From positions 21,824,001 to 21,888,000 of the forward strand of contig NC_043015.1 in assembly GCF_006345805.1 (NCBI RefSeq): 64,000 nucleotides of DNA. The letters run 5' to 3'. Positions 12,225 through 25,857 of this stretch are shown here, piece by piece. Made by a program: the position numbers and the translations under genes. Within the stretch, counting starts at the first letter, position 1, and each line of letters opens with the position of its first letter. The notes under the pieces are model-generated. The model saw nothing but the letters and a program-made list of their open reading frames with translations, was not told the origin of the DNA and did not search any database. The DNA comes from Octopus sinensis. Lineage: Eukaryota.

Positions 12225-12420
12225 TTGACGAAAAGAACAAAACATGAAGACAGGTGGTGTACAAAACAAACAGATGTATTAGTATAAGTATTTTACGTCT
12301 CGAGCCTACGCTCTTCTACAGAAAGGACACAGAAAAAAACAAGGAGAGAAAAAATAGAGAGAAAAAAATGGTTGTAGGGGCTAATGATCTATCATGGCGT
12401 TTGACTCGGAGAGAAGGGTC
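12225..12420 (-). mobile_element. Dispersed repeat family H1 with a hammerhead-like motif (likely a Penelope-type terminus), copy 1
   Basis: Homologous to 36395-36575, 48930-49085 and 39933-39995. The minus strand at 12290-12326 reads CCTTTCTGTAGAAGAGCGTAGGCTCGAGACGTAAAAT. Confidence 0.6.
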
Positions 12421-12504
12421 ACAGCCCTATATGCATGTATATATATATATTTCGGTTTTGGATTTGGTTTGCAAGACTCTTTATATGAGTTCGTATGTTG
12501 AAGC

Positions 12505-12700
12505 ATATTCTGTTGTGTCTGGGGAGAGTCATTCTCTTTTAGTGCCTTATTATTTAACACACTCAATAGTGAAGACTATTGAAATGGTTGGAAGACGCAA
12601 CGAAAATTTTAGAGAACAAGAATAAGAAATAAGTGATTTTACCTGTGAGTGTGTTAAATAATAAGGCACTAAAAAAGAATGACTCTCCCCAGACACAACA

Positions 12701-12706
<6 letters not shown>
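12505..12706. mobile_element. MITE-like element, ~61-bp terminal inverted repeats around an ~80-bp spacer
   Basis: 12505-12565 is the reverse complement of 12646-12706 with one mismatch, and both ends sit in a TA context. Confidence 0.8.
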
Positions 12707-12738
<32 letters not shown>

Positions 12739-13471
12739 GTGCATACACACATACACACATATATAATACATATGCAATCGCTTGACAATGATGTAAAGCG
12801 TGTAAGATACTTGTTTTTGTTCCTCTTGTTCATATTAAATACATATTCAGCTTTGGTCAAAAAGTCGTTTTACTGAAGGCATGAAGCACTGGCCAGAAAT
12901 TACCGCTACATAGCAATGTAGATCCATTATACATACTCCCGGCTTAAAGTTGCCTGTAACTTGAGGAAGATTCTGCAAGTGTTACTTTTGTTTCTATCTT
13001 ATATCATTGAGCCACCGATTTGAAGGCTTCCTCTTGTCTATACGAGATACACTAGTACATCAATAAAGAATTTAAATGATTCAGATTAAAGAAAACTGAT
13101 GTTAGAATATTTCGTGTTTACGTTTTAGAAGAATACGAAAATTTATTATAACTTTTTTCCTTACAATTTTTAGTGCGGATAAATTGCTTTGAAATATTTA
13201 ACTGCATATGTGAATGATTAAATGGACATACCTTCATTTTGCTTTTGGTATTGCAGATGATTAACTCTAGGTGGAACACCAGCGCTCACACCTATAATAA
13301 AATCTAACTACCACCACCACAATATTTTATATATTAAGAACGTATTTTTTCATATAAATCAAGGAGTGTGATTTAGAAGATTTTCAACTCGCTTCTAACA
13401 GGTAAGCACATACGTAGACCTCTCTTGAACTAGTTCTTTTACGCATACATATGCATAAATACATACATACA

Positions 13472-13526
<55 letters not shown>

Positions 13527-13735
13527 TTTATTTAAAAGGAGCAGAAATTCAACAAAACCTGTTACTCGGAGTTTCACGTACCCGCTCGTCGGACAGGTTA
13601 TTAAAACAAAACCCGAGTAACAGGTTTTGTTGAATTTCTGCTACTTTTAAATAAAGCTTATTTCTCTACCCCTGGTATTTGGGTACTCTTTTTTCCACCT
13701 TGTTTCACATTTATGTGATTACTCCGGTATATATA
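13527..13735. mobile_element. Penelope-type terminal fragment H2 with a partial inverted duplication, embedded in (TA)n
   Basis: 13527-13568 is the near-perfect reverse complement of 13613-13655. The left part carries the hammerhead on the minus strand and both flanks are (TA)n-rich. Confidence 0.6.
13556..13599 (-). ncRNA. Minimal type I hammerhead ribozyme fold (U4C core variant)
   Basis: The minus strand reads AACCUGU CCGACGA GCG GGUA CGU GAAA CUC C GAG UA / ACAGGUU. This gives a 7-bp stem I, a CCGACGA core, a 3-bp stem II with a G-U pair, GAAA, a near-palindromic stem III and a GUA cleavage triplet. Activity is untested. Confidence 0.72.
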
Positions 13736-13738
13736 TAT

Positions 13739-13827
<89 letters not shown>

Positions 13828-14083
13828 TCAGTAAAATGCACTAACTTGAGGCGAGATTATCGTTCGTCGTTAAATGCTAAATATATATATCCTTAAACAT
13901 GTATGGCACATAAAGATCTTCAACATTTTATCATTGAAAATTCTATCCTCCATGTTACATGATTATCCAGCGTCTACTTTATCCCTAGACCTCCGGAGAT
14001 AGACTACACTCATAGTCTATTATCTATATATGTATATATATATATATATATATACAAACACAGACACACAGGCACATATACAT

Positions 14084-14116
<33 letters not shown>

Positions 14117-14700
14117 ATGCGTAGGCTTTTTACGTTGAGAAAATTGAGGTTAAAAGTGCAAAGAATTGTTTCCTTTTCACTTATCTTAACAAGCATTCCA
14201 GTATATTAACAGATATCTGTGAGGGAACCATAGCCGCTGCTTTACTGAATGAACGAGATATAGTACTTTATACTTCAAAAGCACCTTTTTCTTCGGTACC
14301 TGGATGCTCTCTACGTATCTGTTATCTACACGCATGAATAGATTGAATAATTTATAAATTTCACTGCAGGATCTACAATGTAGCTGGGAAACAATCCATG
14401 TGAAGTGAATGCACGAAATGAAAGATAGGTGCCAATGATGAGAAGAGAGAACAACTCGCATTATCCGCCCACATTCTCTATAAAATGAACCCAAAACATA
14501 TTGATGCCAATATTGGTCTTCACCATTACCTTGTCAATAAAAACCACAGTCAAGTACATAGATAGTATCTCATCATTAGCGTTTAATTTCTCTCTTTTCA
14601 TTCATGTATTTGCGTGTGACCCTGCCTCTGTGTTTGTCTACATATATACGTACGTACGTACATGCATACATACATACATACATACATACGTTCATTTGCT

Positions 14701-14800
14701 GCGCAAAAACATTTCAACCACGTACCTGATGCACAAAAATGTATCAACCGAGTACATGATGCACACAAGGATATCAACCAAGTACCTGATGCACAACAGG
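14701..14800 (+). repeat. 30-bp tandem repeat, about 3.3 diverged copies
   Basis: GCGCAAAAACATTTCAACCACGTACCTGAT / GCACAAAAATGTATCAACCGAGTACATGAT / GCACACAAGGATATCAACCAAGTACCTGAT / GCACAACAGG. Confidence 0.9.
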
Positions 14801-15345
14801 AATACAGGTGCAGTATAATATGACAACCGATGCAAACTTTGTGGAATTAACACCGAACATTTCACCCAAATTATAAGCAGTTGCCCAAAAATATTATTAT
14901 GGTATTATCTACCGATGAGACATTATGTTGTTTCTAGGTTACTCTGTAATGAAATCCGTCTCAAGGATAACCCCGAGGACAAAGAAATAAGAACTTAGAG
15001 TATGGTAGAAGCCATAGCCACGCATAATACAAAAGGACCTGATATAATGATTTGAGATAGAGAATAGAAACTGTGTACACTTGTAGAAATTGTCTGCCCA
15101 GCGGATGTTAACATAAAGCTGAAGATCAGTGTAAAAGAGAAATCTTTAGTTACTCAATCCAGATTACAAGTTCAGGTTTATACTTGTAATTATTTGGTTC
15201 CTGGGATATGCAACACACTGTAACTAAATGCCAATCTTGAGAAATTAGGCTTCTCAAATCCAGAAAGGAAACAGCTAATTCGAAGACTGCAGATCCATTA
15301 CATCATTGGAATTGTAAAAATATGTAAAACTTTACAGAAATTTAA
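14770..15345 (+). mobile_element. Old 3' remnant of a fourth RLE-type (R4/Dong-like) LINE
   Basis: Translates as ISTKYLMH...DNRCKLCGINTEHFTQIISSCPK...GPDIMI*DRE*KLCTLVEIVCPADVN...GIVKICKTLQKF, a CCHC knuckle plus PD...E endonuclease motif with stops. Confidence 0.75.
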
Positions 15346-17925
15346 CATTTAAATATATATGAGCATGTCTAGATATGCTAATATGCATGAGAATACATAC
15401 ATAAAGCAAAACATACAAATCTGAACATATACATACATATATACAAACAAAAATACCTTGAAATAAAACGTACATATATATACATACAAACATATATACA
15501 AACATACAAGCACGCTGACAGACGGACAGACACACATATACAAACAATATGGGATATGTACATGCATTTTTGCCATACTTTTGTATGCTTGAAATGAGCA
15601 AGGTTTTTGCTGCTCGATGTACAAATTGTTTCTAGTCGATTTTAATTAATCACTGCGCCCAGAATATCCTAATATTAGCTTAGCAAACCTTCGCATACGT
15701 AGTTAAATGTCCCATAAACCTATTTCTATAAGATGCAGCAGTATTTCCTTCTATGTTTTCTATGGAGACATGCAGCAACAATAATATTAACAATGATGTG
15801 TGCTTTTATTTTTCACTCATACTTTCATACTCAAACCAAACACGTATTTCTATCTTGGATTTTATCTTGGAAAACCACATTGTATTCAAGTGGTGCCAGA
15901 CACATCTGGCTTGATGAGCTTTACTGGTAGGCACTAGATAATATTTTTTTCGTGGATTGTTATATATTTCTCAATGATCTGAATGCCAGTAATTCACAAT
16001 AGTATATCATTATACACATCGGATATTCCACTGTATTTACTGCTGACAAAAATCATTATTTGTGACAATCAGTAACAATTGCAACTTAAGCTTTTACGAA
16101 TACCAGTGTGAGAAAATTGCATGTTATTCATTAGTAACTTATTGTTAAGAGATTCGAAACTTTTTATATAAATATATAGCAATGTAATCCTTGTTTTGAC
16201 GGGAATATTTTCTTTTACAGCAACTTGAGAATTAAATGGAAACGTATTATTCCCTTTACATATATTTTTCTAATATTCACGTTCATATTAATTGAATGAA
16301 CATATCTATTTATAATATTAGATTCGGAGTTTTTTTCGGTATATCTTGCGCGAATTCAAAATATGTATTTTTATTTTCTTAAAATTTATAATTACTTATA
16401 GCAGAGTATTGTAGTCTGTTGAAAGTATACGATATGCACTTTCAACGCATGTGAGGGTGGACGTACTCTTACATAAATATCCAAGTAGCTTGTTTATAGA
16501 ATTGGCAAGAACTGTATTGAATTACTTAAGGTTTTAATTAGTAATTATCTAACTTAAATTTTCCGCCTTAGAAATCAACTATTTTTTTCTGGTTGCTACA
16601 GGTAGTAATTGTTAGTTTTAATTCATTAGATAATTTAATTATCTCTTTTCTGAACTGACACTAATTTGTCTGTAGAGGATGTATAGAAATTTGTATGCTA
16701 TCATCGTTGTATAGGCCATATCTAATGAAAGAATTTATACCATATATGAACATATAAGCAGATTAAATTTGAAACTTTAGCTAAATTCTTTGATTTCTTG
16801 TGAATATTCGGCATATGAACATTGTGTTACTTAAAGATATGAAATGAATAGAAAAGCTCTTTCAGCTGGTTAATGTATTTACTTGTAATGTGAGGATCAT
16901 GTTTAACCATTTTCAACGTTATTTATCAGTAAATGTCTAGTTATGTAAAGGTAAGAATTTATTATGTTAAGTTGTTTCTATGCGTAGATCTTGTTCTTTC
17001 TGGGTGTTTAGAATAAGTCTCTAATGCGATGTTTTGTCAATGTGTCAACCGTAATTTCCTTTTGGATTAAGTGTTGAACTCCATTAAAAACAAATATTGC
17101 TAAATAGTCTTAGTTGACAATAATAATATGGATTAAATGATAATGTCTCACAGTAAATGTATTGTGTTTTCTTGGAATAAAAGAGCCTAAATTTATATTC
17201 TGTTTTCGCATGTGCAATTTACATATTGTTTTCTTAATCATGCATTCACGGGTGTCACATAAGAAACTTTTAAATAGTAGATGTAAAACTTCTTTTCCTC
17301 AATGTGAAGCTATATAATTAAGAAGTTATTTATTTGAGAGTGTGGGAAACAAGACATTAAGCGGCCGATACGGAAACCATAGCTGGAAAATGTTTTATGG
17401 CCATTTTTGAAATGTTTCATAGAAGGAATATCTCCGCAACATATCAGTGAATTCAACTTAATGTCTTAAAGTAATATTAGGATTATTACAGTAAATATTA
17501 TCTTATTTAGATATTTATGCAGATGGCATTACTGTTCTTGTTCCATGTTTCAATGTATGTCAGAGGACTTATTTAAGCTAGAAGGCAAAATGAAAATTAT
17601 TAATCCCAATTTGTTACATCGGCAATAACTTTGCTGGTTATAAACAAATTTGCAGCATGATTAGAATGCACGTCAACTGATGTTTCACATTATACATGAC
17701 ATATCTAAATACACATTTCACTACAATCCCTTATAAACAGGCCCCTGCGTACGTCTTTTGCTACAATATAGAAAGATATGTCGTTGAACTATATATATAT
17801 ATACGACCATGCACGTACAGTCAAAAACAAACAGCTGAAGTGGTTAAGATACTCTCACACAAAAGTCTACGTAAATAAGAAGACATTTATAAGTGTATGA
17901 AATCATGCATTTATGCAAATTTCTA

Positions 17926-17965
<40 letters not shown>

Positions 17966-19331
17966 CATAAACGGATCGGCTGCTTCCTTCACTGGTCCTG
18001 GTCAAATTGATGTACACACATCTGATGTGAGGTCCACACTGATTGAATATTTTCAGAAACGTATTACAGATATATCTCTACAGATCTACTTTTACATATC
18101 TCAGTCACCCTATGCATTTTCTATTACTGTCGGCCTCCTCAAATATTAAATACGACGTTCTATAGCTGTCTCCTAACTAAACCTAATTGATTCTACTCTA
18201 AATGTCCCTTTCACCCCACCCCCACCATTTGCTGTGGCCAGCTCTGCCAGTTGTTGATTTGCTGCTATTTTTGCTGCTGTTGTTATTGTGCTGCTAATAG
18301 TGATGGCGACGGTGTCGGCTGTAGTGGTGATTCCCTTGGCTGTGGTCAAAATACTTTGAACTTATTTGTGTCCCCGCACAAGTGATATCTCGGTCTGCTG
18401 CCCTCATCTATCACATGCAGGTTTGTGCCGTGTGGTAGGTTTATAACGCCCATGATAGCCTTGACACTTGGCTGATCTGCCTGTATTAACAACTGTATAT
18501 GATGTCCTAATCAGTTCTGCTTCTGTATTCTTACGCTTTATCTTCTATGTCTGAGAACCCCTGGCACCAACCAACGGATGTTGACTTCTAGTGCTATATT
18601 TAATATTCATTCTGATCTTAAACAGTAAGGTAAATGGTGAAGGTAATGAACAGACAAACATAAGCTTAATGAATTTAGCTTGAAGTTCATAACTCATTCG
18701 AAGTGAAAACGAAGCAAATGGTAAATACATCCAGTTCTATTCATACAGAAATATACGGTTATTTTGAAATCATTCGCGAGTGGTTTGCGAATTTTCGAAG
18801 ACTAAGTTACCATCATATTCCCTACACGAAATCCGATCAAGCAATTTTCAGTGGCGTGCTTAAATAATAGCTAAATATCTGACGTGCAAGCCATGTGTAT
18901 TCTGAGATTGAAGTTTATTTTACAAAACATTTGTATTGATATATATTCTTAACTGCATGTCTTCTTTGATTCGTGTTGCATTCACGTTTTGGCGTTCAAG
19001 TCGGGAATCAAATATCAATCACTCTCATTGCTTACCTACTTTAAAAAAAGTGGAATTGGATAGGGGAAATTTACTGTCATAATTCTAAGCACCTTATGTT
19101 TGTAATGAACAGATGCTGTGACCAGTATTTCAATAGTGATATTTATGGATTTCTTCTATCTCCGCTTCTGTATATTCTGTATATAAACGCCCACACCAAA
19201 GCAATTGATCCATTCACCAGCAGTGTATTAAAATATAAAATTGATAATATGCAGAACTTGTATTTTCTGGTTTTCTAAACTGAAGCACTACGTTTAGAGC
19301 CGTTTTCCGTATCATATTTTCACTTTCTAAC

Positions 19332-19547
19332 TCTTTACTCTTTACTCTTTTACTTGTTTCAGTCATTTGACTGCGGCCATGCTGGAGCACCGCCATTAGT
19401 CGAGCAAATCGACCCCGGGACTTATTATTTGTAAGCCCAGTACTTATTCTATCGGTCTCTTTTGCCGAACCGCTAAGTGACGGCGACGTAAACACACCAG
19501 CATCGGTTGTCAAGCAATGCTAGCGGGACAAACACAGACACACAAAT

Positions 19548-19602
<55 letters not shown>

Positions 19603-19804
19603 ATATATATTATATATATATATATATATATACATATATACGACAGGCTTCTTTCAGTTTCAGTCTACCAAATCCACTCACAAGGCATTGGTCGGTCCGA
19701 GGCTATAGCAGTAGACACTTGCCCAAGATGCCATGCAGTGGGACTGAACCCGGAACCATGTGGTTAGTTAGCAAGCTACTTAAAACACAGCCACACCTGC
19801 GCCT
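19332..19804 (-). mobile_element. tRNA-derived SINE family S1 with an expanded internal CA/TA microsatellite
   Basis: Minus strand: head GGCGCAGGTGTGGCTGTG...GGTTCAGTCCC (A/B-box-like), TTGGGCAAGTG, internal microsatellite, then tail GGCGGTGCTCCAGCATGGCCGCAGTCAAATGACTGAAAC and (AAAAGAGT)n. Homologous to 40036, 49323, 57797 and 59331. Confidence 0.88.
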
Positions 19805-20156
19805 ATATCTGGTAACAATTAATCGGAATTATGATTGCAATTGAAATCTCCTGCCTAATTTTCAGCTAAATATTGTTTAGCACCTGTTCAAAATGTGCCT
19901 CACCCATATAAGTGCTACAAATATAGCCGAGCCTACACCTGCCGACGACGTTATTACTAACACTTACCTGAGGAACGCACAACGAACTACGCTCACATTT
20001 TCGATCTCTTTTCTCTCGTTCCATGTTAAAATTTTCTGCATGTCTACATCAGCTGCACTTAACATTTTATGCAATTATACAATAGTGATATCGTATGCAC
20101 AATGCAGTAAGAATTGGTAAGTATTCTAATTACACACACACGCACATGTAAGTGTT

Positions 20157-20223
<67 letters not shown>

Positions 20224-23200
20224 TGTGCGTGGGTATATACAGATACATACATATGTATGTACATACACAGAAACAGAAGCACACATACCCACCAACGCCC
20301 GTGCAGATACATACATACACACACACATATATCTATGTATGTCTCTCTCTCTCTCTATCTCTCACTCTCTCTCTCCGTATATATATATACGTATGTGTGT
20401 GAAATAAATTCACTTATCATCCTGCGTACTTATCTATGTATTTATCTCAAAACTATATTTCTGATTTAAATTCACGTGGCGACAGATATCTTACTGGGAA
20501 TATATTTTGTTGCCGAGTAAATACATTCTCCCTGAATTATTTACTTTCATTTATACATATTTAAGCTTACTTTAATTAAACATTCCTGTACATTTATAAT
20601 TGACTTAATGTATAGATGAACGTATAATGGAGAAAAACGTGAGTGAGATTGGCGGCTTGGAACATTTTCTTTTAGAAATATTAACATGTGTAATAATTAA
20701 AAGTATTGCGCATAAGTATTCTTAGATGTAATATTTCGAGAACATTGAGAACAATAGAATAATACACTCCCAATAAAAGAGCTGCACAAATCTACTTTTA
20801 TCTAAGTAGAAAATTTTACACATGAAAGTGCAGGTAGCCTTACACTTTCTTAAACACACACACACACACACATGCACACGCACCCATTCCACTCATATGT
20901 ATACATCCCTAAAAGACAAGATTTTAAAGCGGTCGTTTTTAAAAGCTGAAATATATTAATTCTGCATATATAAATATCCGTACACTTCGTTTCTAACTTG
21001 TGTTGTACTTGTAATTTTGAATTCTGGTTGCTTGCATTTGTTGTTGTAGTGGATGTGGCAATTATGTTAGTGGTGTTAGGTCCGTATTCAGATTTGATCC
21101 AGAGAACAACGGTTTTCCAGTCGGGATCAAATAACGTCTTTTATTTCGAACGACTAAATTGACCACTCACATTTCGTTGCAATTAGTGTTAATCGAACGT
21201 CAACTGCAACTTAAACTAGAATTAACATAAGTCTTCGATAATCCCTTTTCATTCATAAACATTTCACTCTTATCTCTAGTTAGTTCTACATTGCGTAATC
21301 TCCTATTTCTTTTTAAGGTGCTAGGGGTCAATTCAAAGGTACATTTATTATTTCTAGCATTTGGTACGGTCAGATAGATGCTGTTTTTCTGGATCAATTT
21401 TTGAGTGACGTGATGTTTCGTGCTCTCAAGCCTGCTAATTGAAATCAATAATGCAGTAACCTGCCGATGTTAGAGTCAATATACGTGTCTCTACCTGAAC
21501 ATTCTTGACAAATGAGAAGTTGAAAAATATTCCAGGAGTAGTTCACAGTATAATCGGTGTTACGAATTTTAAAAGTGTCTCTTGTAAATTGCTTCATATT
21601 GCAATGAACTCGGAAACAATATTGCTATTTAAACATGTGTACAGATAAACATTTACTTAAATATACACAAAATCAATAGTGTCTCAAGCTATACTGTAAT
21701 CATATTATCAATAAAATCTGTCCAAAAAGTAACAGTAGAATGCAAACGTAAAAGTATGTTCTTGAGATTATTCGGAACTGGATCAGAGCAGATGTCTGTA
21801 AAACTCCCATTCTCCACGTGTATTGAAATCAATATCCTTATTCCTTCCCTTCGCCCTGGCATAGTCAAGCAGCCAAGAAAAGACACGTTGACAAGATTTG
21901 TAAAATTATCCCTAGTTTCATAAATAGCATTATGGTTTACAACTATATCTTTATTGTAGGATATTGTTAATACGTTTGATTTAACAAGTGTTAACTAATA
22001 AGACAATAACGAGTCAACATGAGAGCAGAATCAGAACTCTTGCAATTACAGGTTGGTATCACAAATGATATTATATTGCACACCGGATCCTTTATGTCAT
22101 GAGTTCGTTGATATCTTTGAACGATTAGTTGTTAGAGAATAAAACTGGAGCCAACCCGAGAAAGAAACCTCAATATTTAGTAGAGTCAACAAGGTGACTG
22201 CTTCGAGATATATCGATCAAAGAGAGAATTCTTTAAAGTTATACCGAATCATGTGAAACAAGAGACGTTTCCGCTATTATAGACATTGGTATATTGTATG
22301 TAAGAATAAAAGACGCGCTGCGCATGGTTTTCTTATTCTGCTCCAAGGTCGATCGGCAGCTAGAGAGAAACAATGAATACAGGAGGCCACCATCAACAGA
22401 AACCTTGTTTCATTATATATTTTGTGTAATAAGGTTAAATTAAAGTGACCGTTGAAATATTTGAATTTAGGAATAAGATGTTGGAATAAATCAAAGTAAT
22501 AGCTGTCTTGAGAGGAGATAAAATGTGGATGAATAATTAAGGCATTTAAATACAGACAGAAGCAACAAATACCGCCTCATCAAAATTAATTTTCCCGAAT
22601 TAAACAATAAAATGAGAACAAACAGAATCTCCATTAAGATCAAGATGAGGATTGACAGAAGTGCAGGTCAGCACAAGGAGAATAATCATTTGATGTTATA
22701 TTTGACAAATATGGCGACACACCGGGATATGCAGTTTCTAGCGTTATTAGAAGTTCTTCTGAGGACCACAGATGCTACAGAATTTTATATTTTCTCAGCT
22801 GTAGATGTAGAGTAAGTATGCACAGTAATGTACCAATGTATATACATATATATGTACACGTGATATATTTAATTCATTCTACGATAATTTATAAATGATT
22901 ATTGCTGTAGAAACGATGGGTAATAAATGGAATATATGCAACGTAGAATATAATATGAATGATTTTTACAAAAATGTATGTACTTAACTTAGCAGGTTGA
23001 ATACATTTCCTTGAATTTTAATCTTTCTTTTTAGTTTGTAGCATGGACAAATTTATTTTATTTATTAATTTTAATGGCGAATTTTTCTCAAGAATTATAT
23101 TAACATTATATGTTTGAGATTTCTATTTTTTGGTTGAAAACCTCACTTTTCATTAATTAATGTAGTTTGTTCAGATTCACAACTGAATATAAGAAAATAA

Positions 23201-23429
23201 AGAAAAGAAAAGATAGTAATCTCTTAATTAAGCCATTTTTTTTTCTTTTAACACATTTATTCTGTTCAGATTTCAATGATTGGATGGAAACCATGCTGAA
23301 ATAGCAATCACTAAGACTTTTTTAGTCATTCATCCTCACACACAAAAACACGCATACATACACGAATACCTACACACAAATGTATTCACAAGTGCGCACC
23401 CGGTGACCCGTACGCGTGTACAGTACATA

Positions 23430-23835
<406 letters not shown>

Positions 23836-25807
23836 ACATGCATTCATACATATATATGTACCTGTGTGTATACGTATATATATAAATTCAGTGTACGTGC
23901 ATGTGTATACGCTTTTCTGTGTTTACGCCGTTACAGGACAATAAAGAGTAGCCAAAGAAGTAGACAAGCACAAAGACGCCTCACACTCACAAACATAACT
24001 AGACGCACATATTTTCTATGTACACATACACTCATAAGAAGTTTCATGTTTAAATGTGAATTTCATGTTCTAACGCTCTGCATAACAGCTTGGGCAAGTT
24101 TCGTTAACTCAAACACGGGTGGGCGCACTATCCCTATATAAAATTTTATACATAGAAATTATAATACTGTGTTCAATGGATTGTATCTCTAATTTATATG
24201 TGCAGCTATGTCACATTGTATCACGCTGATTCTACCATTATGCAAGAATGTGCCACACTGCACGCTCTCTACAACGTGACTGTCAAGTGATTTTACGTAC
24301 ACTGCTATATTTTCTTCATTTTTTCTTGCGGTATATATTACTAAATTCAAATACATAATCACACATGAATTAAAATAAATGGCTTAACACATAAATCAAT
24401 ATATTTATGAATGTTTTGCTTCCCTCCTAGTAGCAACTAACGTAGGTAAAATATCTATATTTTTCATTAATGAAAAATCTCTTTACCCTTTCTGTATGTC
24501 TGCCTGCTTCTCTGTCTCACTGCTTCTCTCCATCGCCCCCTCTTTCCCACCTCTTTCTGTATATATACATATATATGTACGTATATGTATGTATTCATGT
24601 ATGTAGGTACGTACTATGTTTGTATGTATGTATACGGTTATTTGATTTAACAATAGCATTAGAACTTTTTAGTTCCTATTTCTAGCAAAATACGTTTTCT
24701 AAAACCCTATTCATGTTTTGTGACAATCGTAGTTTTCCTTTTTGTTAAAAGGCTCCATACGTCTGCCTACGTTTTATATATATATATATGTATATATATA
24801 TATACATATGTATATATATATGTATATTTATATATATATATATATTATATATATTATATATATTATATATATATATATATATACATATGTCTATATACAT
24901 ATATATGTATATATATATTATATGCACACACATATATATATGTGTGTGTGTGTGTGTAGGTATGTATGGGTACATATATCTATGTGTATATTTATATTAT
25001 AGACCACATATATTTAATATATGTGCCTTTCTTGTTGGACGCTAGGCTGCAATTTATTGCGGTGGAGATGTCTCTCTCAAAATCCCGGGTGTCAAAAGAA
25101 ATAATTGAAAGTCATAGACAAGGTAGACGACATGCTGCAGATCCCATTCAGGTTCAAGGGATGTTGATATTCGGATATTTCATCGAACCGGTGGCGAAAT
25201 GAATTGCCACTCTATTACTATATACAAATAGTTTAAGTCATTTGCTGTCATAGCACAGCAGTAGCACTGCTTTAAAATTCATATTTGAATTGATATTTCC
25301 CTATGCATAGTCGTAGCCAACCACAAAATGGGTTTTAGTCATAGAAAAATATAGACAGAAATATATCATATTGTATTTTGAATTCATAAAAAGCGTAAAA
25401 AAAATGCATATAATGCTGCGGCCATAAAACGAAGGTAGGTATTTAGGAGGAATAAACAAAAGATCTACAAAAAAATCGCCCTCGTCTTCGATTATTTACT
25501 GACACAGTCTTGTCCAAACACATCTGGGATGTGAAATCCTGAAACATAAAGGATAACATAAAATAAAAGATATTTGTCAGCCTCCCTTATCAGACAAAAA
25601 CCCATTTCTATTCTTCAACGAAAATATTCACTGTCAGCAGGAGTTCTTATGCACGTTTGGTAAAGTTAAACCAAATGGAAACCAACTGATATACAAAAGT
25701 TATCGATGGTGCTACGCATATTTCTTAAGGTCTGCTCATGCATATGTACACACACACGCACGCGCGCGCATATATTTATATATGTTTCTATATACACGCA
25801 TATATAT

Positions 25808-25857
<50 letters not shown>

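Noticed and set aside
14701-14800. CRISPR-like array
   Set aside because: Contiguous tandem units with no unique spacers, derived from LINE sequence, in eukaryotic DNA with no cas genes.
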